DNA of 38,745 bases from a virus. Taxonomy: Duplodnaviria; Caudoviricetes. Each line of letters starts with the position of its first letter. The first letter of the stretch is position 1. Below, in pieces: positions 16,191 through 26,161 of the stretch. Location: positions 1-38,745 of IMG/VR virus record IMGVR_UViG_3300008259_000247; one strand, 5' to 3'. Under the pieces are notes generated by a model that was not told the DNA's origin, made no database searches, and saw only the letters and a list, made by a program, of their open reading frames with translations. The translations under genes and the position numbers were made by a program.

Positions 16191-17374
16191 AGCTAAAAGA
16201 TATTAAACCAAACCCGAACAACCCACGCGTCTTAAGGGACGAAAAGTTTCAAAAGCTAAAGCAAAGTATCACGGAGTTTCCTAAGATGCTTTCGCTTCGC
16301 CCAATGGTCATTGACGAAAATAACGTGGTTCTCGGGGGAAACATGAGGCTTAGGGCTTTGCAAGAACTTGGTTTCACGGACGTGGACGAAGCATGGGTAA
16401 AGCGAAGTAGCGACTTAACCGAGGAGGAAAAGAAGCGGTTCATCATTGCGGACAATGTAGCCTTTGGCGAATGGGACTGGGATACACTTGCGAACGATTG
16501 GGAGGTGGTAGACTTGGAAGCGTGGGGCTTGGAGATACCGCAGTTTGAAAATGAGGCTGAGGAACTTGAGGCAAGTGAAGACGATTACGACGTTCCCGAA
16601 GGGGGCATTGAAACGGATATTGTCATTGGTGACTTGTTCGAGATTGGGGAGCATAGGTTGCTTTGTGGGGATTCAACGGACTTGGACGCCGTGGCGCGGT
16701 TGATGAATGGGGAAAAGGCGGACATGGTATTCACAGACCCGCCGTATTTAATGGATTTTACAGGAGGTATTCACGCAGATGGAAGTAAAAGTTATAATTC
16801 AAAACACGGTGGCATAAAAAACGATAAAATGTCAAAAGAAGATGGATATGATTTTCTTGACGCTATTAATTCAAATATTCAATTATTTGTCAAAGGTGCA
16901 TTTTACATTTGTTTTTACAGATTAAAATTGGGTGAGTATTTTGAGAGTTTAAAAAGAACTGGATTAGAGGTTAGGGCACTAATAACTTGGAATAAAGGGA
17001 ATCATACTTTAAGTAATTCTGATTACATGTCGAAGTGTGAGCACATTTTTTACGGATGGGTAAGTGAACATAATTTTTACGGTGGAAATAATGGAATGGA
17101 TATCTGGGAAATACCAAGAACTAAAAAAAACGAATTACACCCAACTATGAAACCAATTCCTCTGTGCGAAAAAGCAATAGAAGACGCAAGTAAAATAAAT
17201 GACAAGGTCTTAGACCTCTTCCTCGGTTCAGGCTCCACCATGGTTGCCGCGCACCAACTAAAACGCAAGTGCTATGGCATGGAACTTGACCCAAAGTATT
17301 GCCAAGTTATCATTGACCGCATGAAGAAACTTGATTCAACATTGATTATTAAACGCAACGGAGTAGTTATATAA
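16187..17374 (+). CDS. ParB-N domain fused to an N6A/N4C DNA methyltransferase (beta class)
   Basis: IKPNPNNPR...GGNMRLRAL...IADN; HRLLCGDS, VFTDPPY, HPTMKP and LDLFLGSGST. Confidence 0.92.
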   Translation: MKLKDIKPNPNNPRVLRDEKFQKLKQSITEFPKMLSLRPMVIDENNVVLGGNMRLRALQELGFTDVDEAWVKRSSDLTEEEKKRFIIADNVAFGEWDWDTLANDWEVVDLEAWGLEIPQFENEAEELEASEDDYDVPEGGIETDIVIGDLFEIGEHRLLCGDSTDLDAVARLMNGEKADMVFTDPPYLMDFTGGIHADGSKSYNSKHGGIKNDKMSKEDGYDFLDAINSNIQLFVKGAFYICFYRLKLGEYFESLKRTGLEVRALITWNKGNHTLSNSDYMSKCEHIFYGWVSEHNFYGGNNGMDIWEIPRTKKNELHPTMKPIPLCEKAIEDASKINDKVLDLFLGSGSTMVAAHQLKRKCYGMELDPKYCQVIIDRMKKLDSTLIIKRNGVVI

Positions 17375-17376
17375 CC

Positions 17377-18009
17377 ATGAGAACAAAGACCAGCGATAAT
17401 TGGAATTTTAAAGCAGGCACTTGGGATGCATTGAAAACAAGTTACATTGACTTTGAAGATTATCCTCTCATTGGTTCTCAGATTACTATTGAGCAGCAAA
17501 CAGAAACAATCTTGTGCATCGAAACAAAAAATATTAATGAAAATTGTTTGATTAATATGTTTGTCGATGATTATCGCCTTGAGCGTTACTGGAATAGAAT
17601 AGATTATTACGCTAATATATTTAAAGCAGCCAAATACGTTATGACTCCTGACTTTTCTGCATTGGTTGGAATGCCAGAGGACATGATTAAATGGAATATT
17701 TACAGAAGTAGGCTAATAGGTCACGTTTACGAAAAATATAAAATAAATGTAATTCCTACCATAACTTGGACAAATTCAGAAAGTTATCCATATATTTGTA
17801 AGGGAATTAAACCTAAAAGCACTATTGCCGTTTCAAATATAGGCGCAAGAACTGACAAGGCGATAAGTATTTTTAACGCTGGGCTTCAAGAGGTTATAAA
17901 GCAGATTGAGCCAACGCAAGTAATTATTTGTTCAAACAATAAATACAAAGATATGTATCAAGACGCACTTTATTATCACATTAAACCTTTTTGGAATGGG
18001 AGGGCGTAG
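17377..18009 (+). CDS. DUF4417 domain protein
   Basis: FVDDYRLER.W, TPDFS, WNIYRSR and VIPTITW motifs. Confidence 0.8.
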   Translation: MRTKTSDNWNFKAGTWDALKTSYIDFEDYPLIGSQITIEQQTETILCIETKNINENCLINMFVDDYRLERYWNRIDYYANIFKAAKYVMTPDFSALVGMPEDMIKWNIYRSRLIGHVYEKYKINVIPTITWTNSESYPYICKGIKPKSTIAVSNIGARTDKAISIFNAGLQEVIKQIEPTQVIICSNNKYKDMYQDALYYHIKPFWNGRA

Positions 18010-18643
18010 TGGACAATCAACAGGAGGAGGAGGAGGTCTTGGAAAGACATTTGCCTATGCGCCCAGCGACGCGGATGTTCCAATAAGTGAATTGGGTGAC
18101 ATTGATGACGATTATAGCTTTTATAAAATTAAAGGAAGAAGTGATGAATCAGTACAAAATTGGGAAAAATTTGTAAATACCTACACAAAACATGGGTATA
18201 AAGTGAATAGTAAAATAATTGATGATAATTTAAATGCAACTGATATTAAATACATTAAAGGATTAAATGCTTCATTAGATAAAATTGCATCAACAGAAGG
18301 AACATTTGAAAGAGGGATGAAGCTAACACAAGGGTCAAGAACGGAGAAGTTGGTGAATAGCTTGCTTAATAATGTAGGTAAAAATATAACCATGACTACA
18401 TTTTTAAGTACGTCCTCTGATAAAGCTACTTCTAAAAGTTTTGGAACTACTGGCGGTACTCCTGTATTATTTACCGTAAAAGGCAAGAATGGTAAGTCGG
18501 TTGAAAGTTTATCTAATTATTCAACTGAAAAAGAATTTATGTTTAAAGCTGGGTCAAAGTTTAAAGTGAACTCGGCTGTAAAAGAATACGACGCAAATTT
18601 TTCAAAAGAAATTTACAAAATATCATTAACAGAAAAACCTTAA
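17996..18643 (+). CDS. ADP-ribosyltransferase (R-S-E clade, VIP2/Alt/Mod-like)
   Basis: YT..GY..VN, FERG, FLSTSS and EKEFMF..GSKFKV catalytic motifs; Gly-rich MGGRSG N-terminus. Confidence 0.8.
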   Translation: MGGRSGQSTGGGGGLGKTFAYAPSDADVPISELGDIDDDYSFYKIKGRSDESVQNWEKFVNTYTKHGYKVNSKIIDDNLNATDIKYIKGLNASLDKIASTEGTFERGMKLTQGSRTEKLVNSLLNNVGKNITMTTFLSTSSDKATSKSFGTTGGTPVLFTVKGKNGKSVESLSNYSTEKEFMFKAGSKFKVNSAVKEYDANFSKEIYKISLTEKP

Positions 18644-18647
18644 TATT

Positions 18648-18779
18648 ATGGCACTTGAAAGAAGAAACAACGACGATGGCTTTGGCTTTACTTATGATGA
18701 CGATAAGAAGTCACCTAAAAAGAAAACTGTAAAACAGGAGAAACCAAAAGAAACAAAGCCAGCGCCTAAAAAAAAATAA
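18648..18779 (+). CDS. Small protein (43 aa), acidic then Lys-rich, not in ORF track
   Basis: MALERRNNDDGFGFTYDDDKKSPKKKTVKQEKPKETKPAPKKK fills the gap between the ART and terS genes. Confidence 0.5.
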   Translation: MALERRNNDDGFGFTYDDDKKSPKKKTVKQEKPKETKPAPKKK

Positions 18780-18797
18780 CAGACGAAATACAGACGC

Positions 18798-19112
18798 ATG
18801 GCTTTTCCGCATGATGGTAAGAAAATGAAGAAGGGCGAAACATTGAACCCCAACGGCAGACCTAAGAAACTCCCAGCCCTTGACCTTATCATGGCAAATG
18901 TTATGGGGCAAGAAAAGGACGGCATCACGGCGGCTGAGGCAATTATAATGAAGCTCAGGGAACAGGCGGCAAAGGGTGACATTAGAGCGGCTCAATTGCT
19001 TTTAGACCGTGCCTATGGCAAAGCAAAGCAAGATATAGACATTACAACTCAAGGTGGCAAGGTGACCGTGCCAACAATTATATTTACTAAAAATGAAGAT
19101 AGAAGTCAATGA
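18798..19112 (+). CDS. Terminase small subunit (DUF5681-like)
   Basis: KKGETLNPNGRPKK and A.KGD.RAAQLLLDRAYGK; precedes the large subunit. Confidence 0.8.
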   Translation: MAFPHDGKKMKKGETLNPNGRPKKLPALDLIMANVMGQEKDGITAAEAIIMKLREQAAKGDIRAAQLLLDRAYGKAKQDIDITTQGGKVTVPTIIFTKNEDRSQ

Positions 19113-20322
19113 GATTTACGAGGCGCTTTGGCAACCCAAAACCCGATACTTTATTATCACGGGTGGACGTGGTTCAGCCAAATCGTTTACTATTGCTCTT
19201 TGGGCTTGTAATATGCTATTATACAATAAAGACTGGAAGATACTTTATACGCGATATACGCTTTCATCGGCTAATATATCCGTTGTACCAGAGTTCCGTG
19301 AAAAAATAGATTTGCTTGGCGTTGGCGATGAATTTAAAATGGCAAATTCATTGATAAGCCATAAGGTAACCAAGAGTGAAATAATATTCTCAGGAATCAA
19401 GACAAGCAGCGGAAACCAAACGGCAAAGTTAAAATCGATACCAGCGTTAAATGTTTTTATTGTTGACGAGGCAGAGGAATTTATTGATGAAAATGATTTT
19501 AATACCATTGACGAATCGATAAGAATGCCAAACGTACCTAACCTTGTAATCTTGGTGATGAATCCTCAGGACGTGGAGCATTGGATTTGGAAGCGCTGGT
19601 TTGAAAAATCCCATGTTATGCGAGACATTGAAGGACAAATGATACCAATAAGCACACACCCAGAAATCACGCATATACATTCAACCTATTTAGACAACAA
19701 ACAGAATTTAGGCGCTGACTATTTAATGAAAATTGAAAACATTAAAAAGCAAAACATTGAGGCATACGCGCATAGATTCTTAGGTAAATGGTTGGATAAA
19801 AAGGAAGGGGTAATATATCCTAATTGGATTGAAGGCGAATTTGATTCAAGCCTACCTTTTGCCTACGGGCTTGACTTTGGCTTTTATCCCGACCCCTTGG
19901 CATTGGTAAAAGTTGCGGTTGACAAAGGGGCAAAGAAAATATATATGCAAGAAGTCATTTACAAGCAATCACTTAGCTATGAAAACGTAATTGATAAAAT
20001 GAACAACTTGGTTCAAGTTAATAGCATGATTATCGCAGACACCAGCGAACCCAGATTGGTAGATGCATTACAACAAAAAGGGTTAAACATCCACAAAGCG
20101 GACAAGCACGCTGGGTCTGTTATTGAAGGAATAAAGAAAATTTTGGATTATACCATAGTTGTAACACCTGAAAGTTGGAATGCAAAATACGAATTAAGGA
20201 ATTACATTTGGAACGATAGAAGAAGCAGCACGCCAATGGACGCAGATAATCACATTTGCGATGCCTTCCGTTATGCGGCGATGCGTTTATTAGAAGGCAG
20301 CGATTTATTGGCTTACAATTAA
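19093..20322 (+). CDS. terL: Terminase large subunit (PBSX family)
   Basis: GGRGSAKS Walker A, IVDEAEE Walker B, MNP, YGLDFG and NHICDAFRY. Confidence 0.95.
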   Translation: MKIEVNEIYEALWQPKTRYFIITGGRGSAKSFTIALWACNMLLYNKDWKILYTRYTLSSANISVVPEFREKIDLLGVGDEFKMANSLISHKVTKSEIIFSGIKTSSGNQTAKLKSIPALNVFIVDEAEEFIDENDFNTIDESIRMPNVPNLVILVMNPQDVEHWIWKRWFEKSHVMRDIEGQMIPISTHPEITHIHSTYLDNKQNLGADYLMKIENIKKQNIEAYAHRFLGKWLDKKEGVIYPNWIEGEFDSSLPFAYGLDFGFYPDPLALVKVAVDKGAKKIYMQEVIYKQSLSYENVIDKMNNLVQVNSMIIADTSEPRLVDALQQKGLNIHKADKHAGSVIEGIKKILDYTIVVTPESWNAKYELRNYIWNDRRSSTPMDADNHICDAFRYAAMRLLEGSDLLAYN

Positions 20323-20333
20323 AATAAAAAGAT

Positions 20334-20594
20334 ATGACAGATAAAGAAAAGGCGGTTATCATTATTGACCTTATCGAAAAGGTTACGCAAGAAATAATTG
20401 ATAAGCCGCAACACCGAAAAAAATACTTGCAGATGCGCGGACACCTTGAAAAAGCCGTGAAGCTTACAGGCAACGGAATCAAAAGGGAATGGTCACGACC
20501 GCCCAGCCTTCCAATTTTCCAGCATGAAAAGGGAACGGCAAAGCCATTTGAACCCGAGACAAGCGGCGACGTATTGGCAGGCGGTAAGGTATGA
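20334..20594 (+). CDS. Hypothetical protein
   Basis: 86 aa with an A-rich leader; overlaps the next ORF. Confidence 0.6.
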   Translation: MTDKEKAVIIIDLIEKVTQEIIDKPQHRKKYLQMRGHLEKAVKLTGNGIKREWSRPPSLPIFQHEKGTAKPFEPETSGDVLAGGKV

Positions 20595-21435
20595 ATACCC
20601 TGAAACGGCAGCGGATATAACGCTGGAGCAATATATTTATTTTATCAAATTCCTTTTGCCTCAGCACCCAAAAGCAGAACTTGAAGCGATTCAATACATG
20701 AATGAACGGGACACGGTCTATGAGAAAATAAAACCGTACGCACGGAAGTTGAAGGTTTCGACAAAGGACGAAAACCAAGCAACCGTTGTAAGGCAACTTA
20801 ACACAATCCTCGAAACAAATGAGGTAAAGGACAACGTACGCCGTTTCCTTCCAGCCTTGATTACCCAATGGGAAACCAATAACGAAGAGTTACGGATTAG
20901 GTTAGAAATCATGGACAAGGTTTGGGAATCAAAGGAACGTTATCCGTACATGGCAAAGGTGGTAAGCTATTTTACTGGCATTCCCTTAGATGCTTGTTTT
21001 GGTAGGGTTGCAAATAGCTTAGAATTAAAATACTTGGTTTACATTTATACCAAGATAATGAACGCCATTAACACGCCCACGGAAACGACTTATAAGCAAC
21101 TGTACGATTTTAACGGTAAGGTTTACACGTTGCCCGAAAAGTTAATGGAAAAGTCAACGCTGCTTGAATTTACAATGGCGGCACAATACGACAAGGCGGT
21201 TAAGCAAATACAAGGCGGTGAGGCTGAGGGGTTGCTAAATGTCATGGCGGTGCTTTTAAAACCATTGAACGAGGAATATAGCGACGAACTCTTTGAGCAA
21301 AATAAGATTGACTTTTTACAAATGCCTTTGCAAACATCGTTTGAGGTTGCTTTTTTTTTGACCAAGTTAAGCGAGAAATATACCTTAGGTTTGCAGACCT
21401 CTATGCTGCAAAGGGCGATGGAAAATCTCAATTAG
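20524..21435 (+). CDS. Putative tail assembly chaperone (frame-0 product); start uncertain
   Basis: YPETAADITLEQY and a later P...TLLEF repeat; AFFL encoded over a T9 slippery run near the 3' end. Confidence 0.6.
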   Translation: MKRERQSHLNPRQAATYWQAVRYEYPETAADITLEQYIYFIKFLLPQHPKAELEAIQYMNERDTVYEKIKPYARKLKVSTKDENQATVVRQLNTILETNEVKDNVRRFLPALITQWETNNEELRIRLEIMDKVWESKERYPYMAKVVSYFTGIPLDACFGRVANSLELKYLVYIYTKIMNAINTPTETTYKQLYDFNGKVYTLPEKLMEKSTLLEFTMAAQYDKAVKQIQGGEAEGLLNVMAVLLKPLNEEYSDELFEQNKIDFLQMPLQTSFEVAFFLTKLSEKYTLGLQTSMLQRAMENLN

Positions 21436-21632
21436 CAAGCGAAAGATTAAATGAAAGATACGGTTGGTATCTGACAATTAAGAAAGTGGCTGAGTCTGGA
21501 TTGTTTAATTTGAATGGATTTACCCCTATGGAATCAGCAGAAAAAGCAAAATTGTATCAAGTGTTTCAATACCTTGCAAGCAAAGCGGCAGAAGAAAAAG
21601 TTATCGATGATATATCTAAAAGCAAAAAATGA
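21351..21632 (+). CDS. -1 frameshift extension of the putative tail chaperone
   Basis: T TTT TTT slippery site; -1 frame open for 93 codons (FFFDQVKREIYLRF...RYGWY...VFQYLASK...) ending in an ATGA overlap with the next gene. Confidence 0.7.
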   Translation, partial: FFFDQVKREIYLRFADLYAAKGDGKSQLASERLNERYGWYLTIKKVAESGLFNLNGFTPMESAEKAKLYQVFQYLASKAAEEKVIDDISKSKK

Positions 21633-22084
21633 GTTTAATAGATTTAGCAAACATATTCGAGGCAGCCACAGATTCAGTAAACGGGCTGAACGGCTTTTCC
21701 TTCGGCTGGGCTTCCGACCGCGTCCGTTCGCAAATCTATACAGAAGAAGGCGAAAATAGTACAAACATATTCCCACGGGTATTCTTTGCCGTGCCAACCT
21801 TAACAAACAACCCAGTCACGCGGAGAGATACTTATCAAGTGACTTTGTTCTTTGATGACTTATTGGGATACAATGAACAAGGGGACGTTGATACAACTTT
21901 GCAGATAACAAAGTGGTCGAACCTGATTGCCTTTGCTGAAAAGTTTGTTTTGCATTTGACAACCACGAAAACAACGAATAGCATTCCCGAAGAAGTAAAC
22001 TTAACCTTAGATTCCTTTACCTCGATTCAAAGATTAATAACGGTACAGGCGACGTTTAATATTTCAATCAAATCGGAATGTTAG
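21629..22084 (+). CDS. Putative tail completion/terminator protein
   Basis: 151 aa with FPRVF and alternating beta strands; position in the tail block. Confidence 0.5.
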   Translation: MSLIDLANIFEAATDSVNGLNGFSFGWASDRVRSQIYTEEGENSTNIFPRVFFAVPTLTNNPVTRRDTYQVTLFFDDLLGYNEQGDVDTTLQITKWSNLIAFAEKFVLHLTTTKTTNSIPEEVNLTLDSFTSIQRLITVQATFNISIKSEC

Positions 22085-22605
22085 AAGGATTACAAAAACT
22101 TGCGGACGATATAAGCACCTTAGCCATTGAAGTCATTGCGATGGAATGGCGGGCGCAAGGTCATGAGTTAACAGGGTCAGCGGTTAAGCAAATGGAAACG
22201 ATGGTTAAATTTGAAATCAATACGCTTGTCATTGAGGGGCTTGTTCCCGATTACATGGCAATAAATAACTCAGGGGTCACAGCGGCACGGATTCCATATA
22301 CACCCAATAGCGGGAATAAAACGAGCAAGTATATATCGGGTCTGATTGAATATGCAAAAAAACGAATGGGCAAGAGTGACAAAGAAGCCAAGTCGGTTGC
22401 CTTCGCGATTGCATCAAAACATAAACGGGAAGGAATGCCAACGAAAGCAAGTGCAAGGTTTTCAAGCACGGGCAGACGTACAGGGTTTATTGAAATAGCT
22501 TTGGAAAAGAATAGTCAAAAGTTTATAGAACTCATTGAAGCTTCGATAAGGTTCAGCGTTGAGGCAACGATTGAAAGTTTTTACAAATCAATATTGAATA
22601 GATGA
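22078..22605 (+). CDS. Putative neck/tail completion protein (HK97 gp10-like)
   Basis: LTGS..., DY...N.G and AFAIA.K..REG pattern; basic. Confidence 0.5.
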   Translation: MLEGLQKLADDISTLAIEVIAMEWRAQGHELTGSAVKQMETMVKFEINTLVIEGLVPDYMAINNSGVTAARIPYTPNSGNKTSKYISGLIEYAKKRMGKSDKEAKSVAFAIASKHKREGMPTKASARFSSTGRRTGFIEIALEKNSQKFIELIEASIRFSVEATIESFYKSILNR

Positions 22606-23738
22606 GTTAGGTTCAGCAGCAAGTCGACGTTTACGTTGGTGGCACTTTAGCGGGGTCATTCTTAGCCGCACAAACGGGCACGTCTGGGAGTAGCGCCGTG
22701 TTTGATACCAATGTTCAATCGTTCCTTTACTCAGACGTTGCACCCGTCACGGGGTCAAAAACAAGCATCTTTGGAACGCTTGATACTTATTCCTTTACAA
22801 CCAATACAGATGTTTTAAAATCAATTTACGCGGTGGCAAAGAATCAAACGGTTTCAACCGCTGGTTTTCTTATCACCGCAACGGCGGGACAATATAGCGC
22901 CACGGCTTACGTTATCCCGTCACAATTTTACGGGGACGATAACGACTTTAATCTAAGCGACTTTTATCAACCCTCAGCAAGTCCCTTTAGATTCCTTACC
23001 ACCAACAACCAAGACAGGCGATGCAACACAGACGGAAATATATTTCTATCCTTTGTCGGTAAAGGGGTGAACGCTGGGAGAATTGTATTCACGGACAACG
23101 GGGGAACGACGGCTGAAAGTATCATTGACTTTGTAAACACAACCGCCAACAACGATATGTATTCCATTTCTGTTGGAGCGGCAAATGTTTTTGGAAGTAC
23201 CGCCGTGTTTCACGTTGGCAACTTTCCCACATCGCCCACGGCTTACAATTATTATTCCGTTTCCGTTGGTTATTACGACGGGACATATACCGCACGGTCT
23301 GAGGTCATTGACATTAACCTTGAGCCAACTTGTAACGATGACGTTGAATTGCATTGGTTCGGGAAATATGGCGGGGCTGAAAGTTACCAGTTTAGAGGAT
23401 TGATTCAAGACCTACAAAACTCCAATGCGGATATTATAAACATATCGCAGCCGTGGAACGTGGCAACCACACCACGGGCAAATAGTTATGATAAAACGAT
23501 TATTAAGACCAATCAAAGAGTAAATAAGCGAAAGCAAATTAAATGCAACATACCGCACGAGGACGCCGTTTACGTTGCCTCTTTGTTTTATTCCCCTGAG
23601 GTGTACATAATCGAGGGCGGGAAATATGTAAACGTAACCATTTCTAATGCTGAGATATTGACAGACGATAACAGGGCAACGGATATCGAAGTTAACTTTG
23701 AAATTACTTACCCTAATAAACCAACCGCCCAGTTATGA
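22602..23738 (+). CDS. Virion structural protein (distal tail-like); amber codon at codon 3 or later start at 22698
   Basis: Beta-rich; C-terminal W.GKYGG.ESY.F and LFYSPEVY motifs; ATG-AGT-TAG followed by an open frame. Confidence 0.6.
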
Positions 23739-26158
23739 TAAAATTATTCATAGGCGGGCAAGAAGTTGATTTAAACCAAGACGAGGTTAACGTGACTATT
23801 GATTATTCAATTGAAAACCTTGACCTTGGAAATATATCGGGTGCGCACTCAAAGCGAAACGTCACCCTTCCAGCAACGAAAACAAATATAAGCATATTTC
23901 AAAATATAACCGATGCTGGGGCGATTGTTACCAGCGCTTATAAGTTACTATCGGCAAGGCTTGAAGCCGACGGCGTGCCAATACTTACGGGAAAAGCACG
24001 GCTTGAGGGTGCAGATTTACAGGCGATAAACTCAGGGTTCTTGGCATCAAGTTTCAAGGTCTCATTGATTGGAAACAACGCTGATTGGTTCGCGGACGTT
24101 GGCAATATATTAGTCAGGGATTTAGGGTGGGACGATATTGAAATAAACACGGCAAATGTAAAAACCAATTACGACCCGTTGACGTCTGAACATTGCTATA
24201 TCTTGATGAAGTGGAAGGCGTGGGCAAACGAAACCTATATTGTTAATAATGAAATGACCCCAGCCATTTTTATTTGGCAGATATTGGAAAAGGCTTTTTC
24301 AAACAAAGGCTATCAACTTAATAGCATTTTTAAGACTGACCCGTTTAACCGTTTAATTATTCCAATGGGGTTGGAACTTGGCGCAGATTATCTTAAAGAT
24401 TTTGTAAACCTCAGGGCGTCAATACCAAGTCCTGGATTATTTAGTGCTTTTGAGCCATCCCCAGTTCTTATAACATTTACGGACGAAACGACGTCGCCTA
24501 ACTTTGACACGGGAGGCAACTACTCAAGCGGCGTTTATACCGTGCCAATTACGGCAACCTACACCTTAAAGGCTGAATTAAATATTTTAATTACCTTTTA
24601 TACTCCTACGCCAACATCTGAATTATTAGTAGGCTGGGAAATAAACGGGATATTTGAGGAAGGGGAAGACCTATCACAAGAGGCAGATTTTGACGATTCA
24701 GTAAGCATTGAATTTTTAACGGATTTAGTTGAGGGTGATTTGGTTCGATTTGTTGTTATACACAATAACGCTGCGTTTAATATGAATCTAAACGGTTCAA
24801 TAGATATCATTGGAAGCAAAGCGGTATTTGAAACAGGCAGAACATTTGACTTACAATACGTCATTCCTATTTCATGGTACGTCCGTGACGTGATTGCCGA
24901 CCTTACTACGGTGTTTAATCTTGCATGGGAAACTAACGTACAAAGTAAGCAAGTTTACGCGTACCCGAAAGACGATTATACGATAAGGTACAGGGCAGAT
25001 GCTACGGGAGCAATTAGCCTCACAACCTTTGAGGGGTTTTTCAAAGGCTCAGATAAATATGACTTAAACACCCGTGACCTTGATGGCTCAGAATTTCAAA
25101 TCTTAGACGGATATAAAAGTAGTCAGGTATTGGCATACGCCACGGACGACGACACGACGAACAAAGAGGAAGCAAGGCGCGGGGTAAACATTTATTCGGG
25201 CGGCTACAATTTCCCCTCGGATAGATTTGACAACGGTGTTGAATTTATATATACAAAATTCTTTGCCAAAACCATACATATAAGCGACGTTGATATAACC
25301 AGCGGCGGTATTTACGGGGCGCAGATGCCTCTTCTCTTTGGCGATGATTACAACACGGTTACCGATGCTGAACCCAATTACAACTTAGCACCTCGTTTGC
25401 TTTATTACGCGGGAAGACGCAGCGGTTTAGATGGTTACATTCGTTTATACGACGAGGCAAGTTCAGCCGCCTCAGCATTTGATTTTCCAGCGGCTTTCAT
25501 GGTTAATTACAATGACCCAAGCGGCGGGGATTTTAACCTTTCTTTTTCCGACGAGGTTACCAATTATACTAATGTAATGCAAGGGATTTTTAAGACTTTT
25601 CACTTGCAGACTTACAAGCGCATTGAACTTGGCAAGGTATATACCACGTTTGCCAAAGTAAAGCCAAAGGATATAACCCAGCTTTCATTTAGACGCAAGG
25701 GAATCATTGGTTCGTCGAATTTTATAATACAAAGTATTGAATACAACCCAAAGTCAAATAGTCCAGCCAAAACGGTTTTGCTTTACGATGAAAAGCCAAA
25801 TGTAAATGACCTTACCAAAGTTTCAAATACAATTACCTTGGCTGGTTCAACGCCTCAATCGGGAACGGTCACAGGGTCGGGCAGCGGCTTAGTAGGGGCA
25901 AACGGGGCAACGGTGAATATTCAGTTGTCTTATACGCCGTTCATTAACTCAATGACAAATGTTTTAATTTTATCGCCTAACTCAGGAATCACTCAGGTGA
26001 GCAACACAAATGCAAATGTACTTGTATTCCAGAATGGTCAAAAGTTGATACCAACCATTCAATATATAATAAGCGGCTCAACCGTTGGAATCAATGTAAA
26101 CACTCATTACGATGGGGCAAATTATGAAGTAGTTGTTAACGGCGTAACAAAAGGATAA
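23735..26158 (+). CDS. Tail tip/baseplate structural protein
   Basis: 807 aa; LFIGGQEVDL...SKRNVTLPAT..N..IF N-terminus typical of Bacteroidota phage tail proteins; precedes the tape measure gene. Confidence 0.7.
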   Translation: MIKLFIGGQEVDLNQDEVNVTIDYSIENLDLGNISGAHSKRNVTLPATKTNISIFQNITDAGAIVTSAYKLLSARLEADGVPILTGKARLEGADLQAINSGFLASSFKVSLIGNNADWFADVGNILVRDLGWDDIEINTANVKTNYDPLTSEHCYILMKWKAWANETYIVNNEMTPAIFIWQILEKAFSNKGYQLNSIFKTDPFNRLIIPMGLELGADYLKDFVNLRASIPSPGLFSAFEPSPVLITFTDETTSPNFDTGGNYSSGVYTVPITATYTLKAELNILITFYTPTPTSELLVGWEINGIFEEGEDLSQEADFDDSVSIEFLTDLVEGDLVRFVVIHNNAAFNMNLNGSIDIIGSKAVFETGRTFDLQYVIPISWYVRDVIADLTTVFNLAWETNVQSKQVYAYPKDDYTIRYRADATGAISLTTFEGFFKGSDKYDLNTRDLDGSEFQILDGYKSSQVLAYATDDDTTNKEEARRGVNIYSGGYNFPSDRFDNGVEFIYTKFFAKTIHISDVDITSGGIYGAQMPLLFGDDYNTVTDAEPNYNLAPRLLYYAGRRSGLDGYIRLYDEASSAASAFDFPAAFMVNYNDPSGGDFNLSFSDEVTNYTNVMQGIFKTFHLQTYKRIELGKVYTTFAKVKPKDITQLSFRRKGIIGSSNFIIQSIEYNPKSNSPAKTVLLYDEKPNVNDLTKVSNTITLAGSTPQSGTVTGSGSGLVGANGATVNIQLSYTPFINSMTNVLILSPNSGITQVSNTNANVLVFQNGQKLIPTIQYIISGSTVGINVNTHYDGANYEVVVNGVTKG

Positions 26159-26161
26159 ATC

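Noticed and set aside
11102-18009. 7-deazaguanine or glucosyl-hmC DNA modification pathway
   Set aside because: No FolE/QueC/QueD/QueE/DpdA, dCMP hydroxymethylase or TET/JBP recognised
21514-21759. 81-aa ORF from the track
   Set aside because: Overlaps 21629-22084 heavily; the -1 frameshift frame explains the region better
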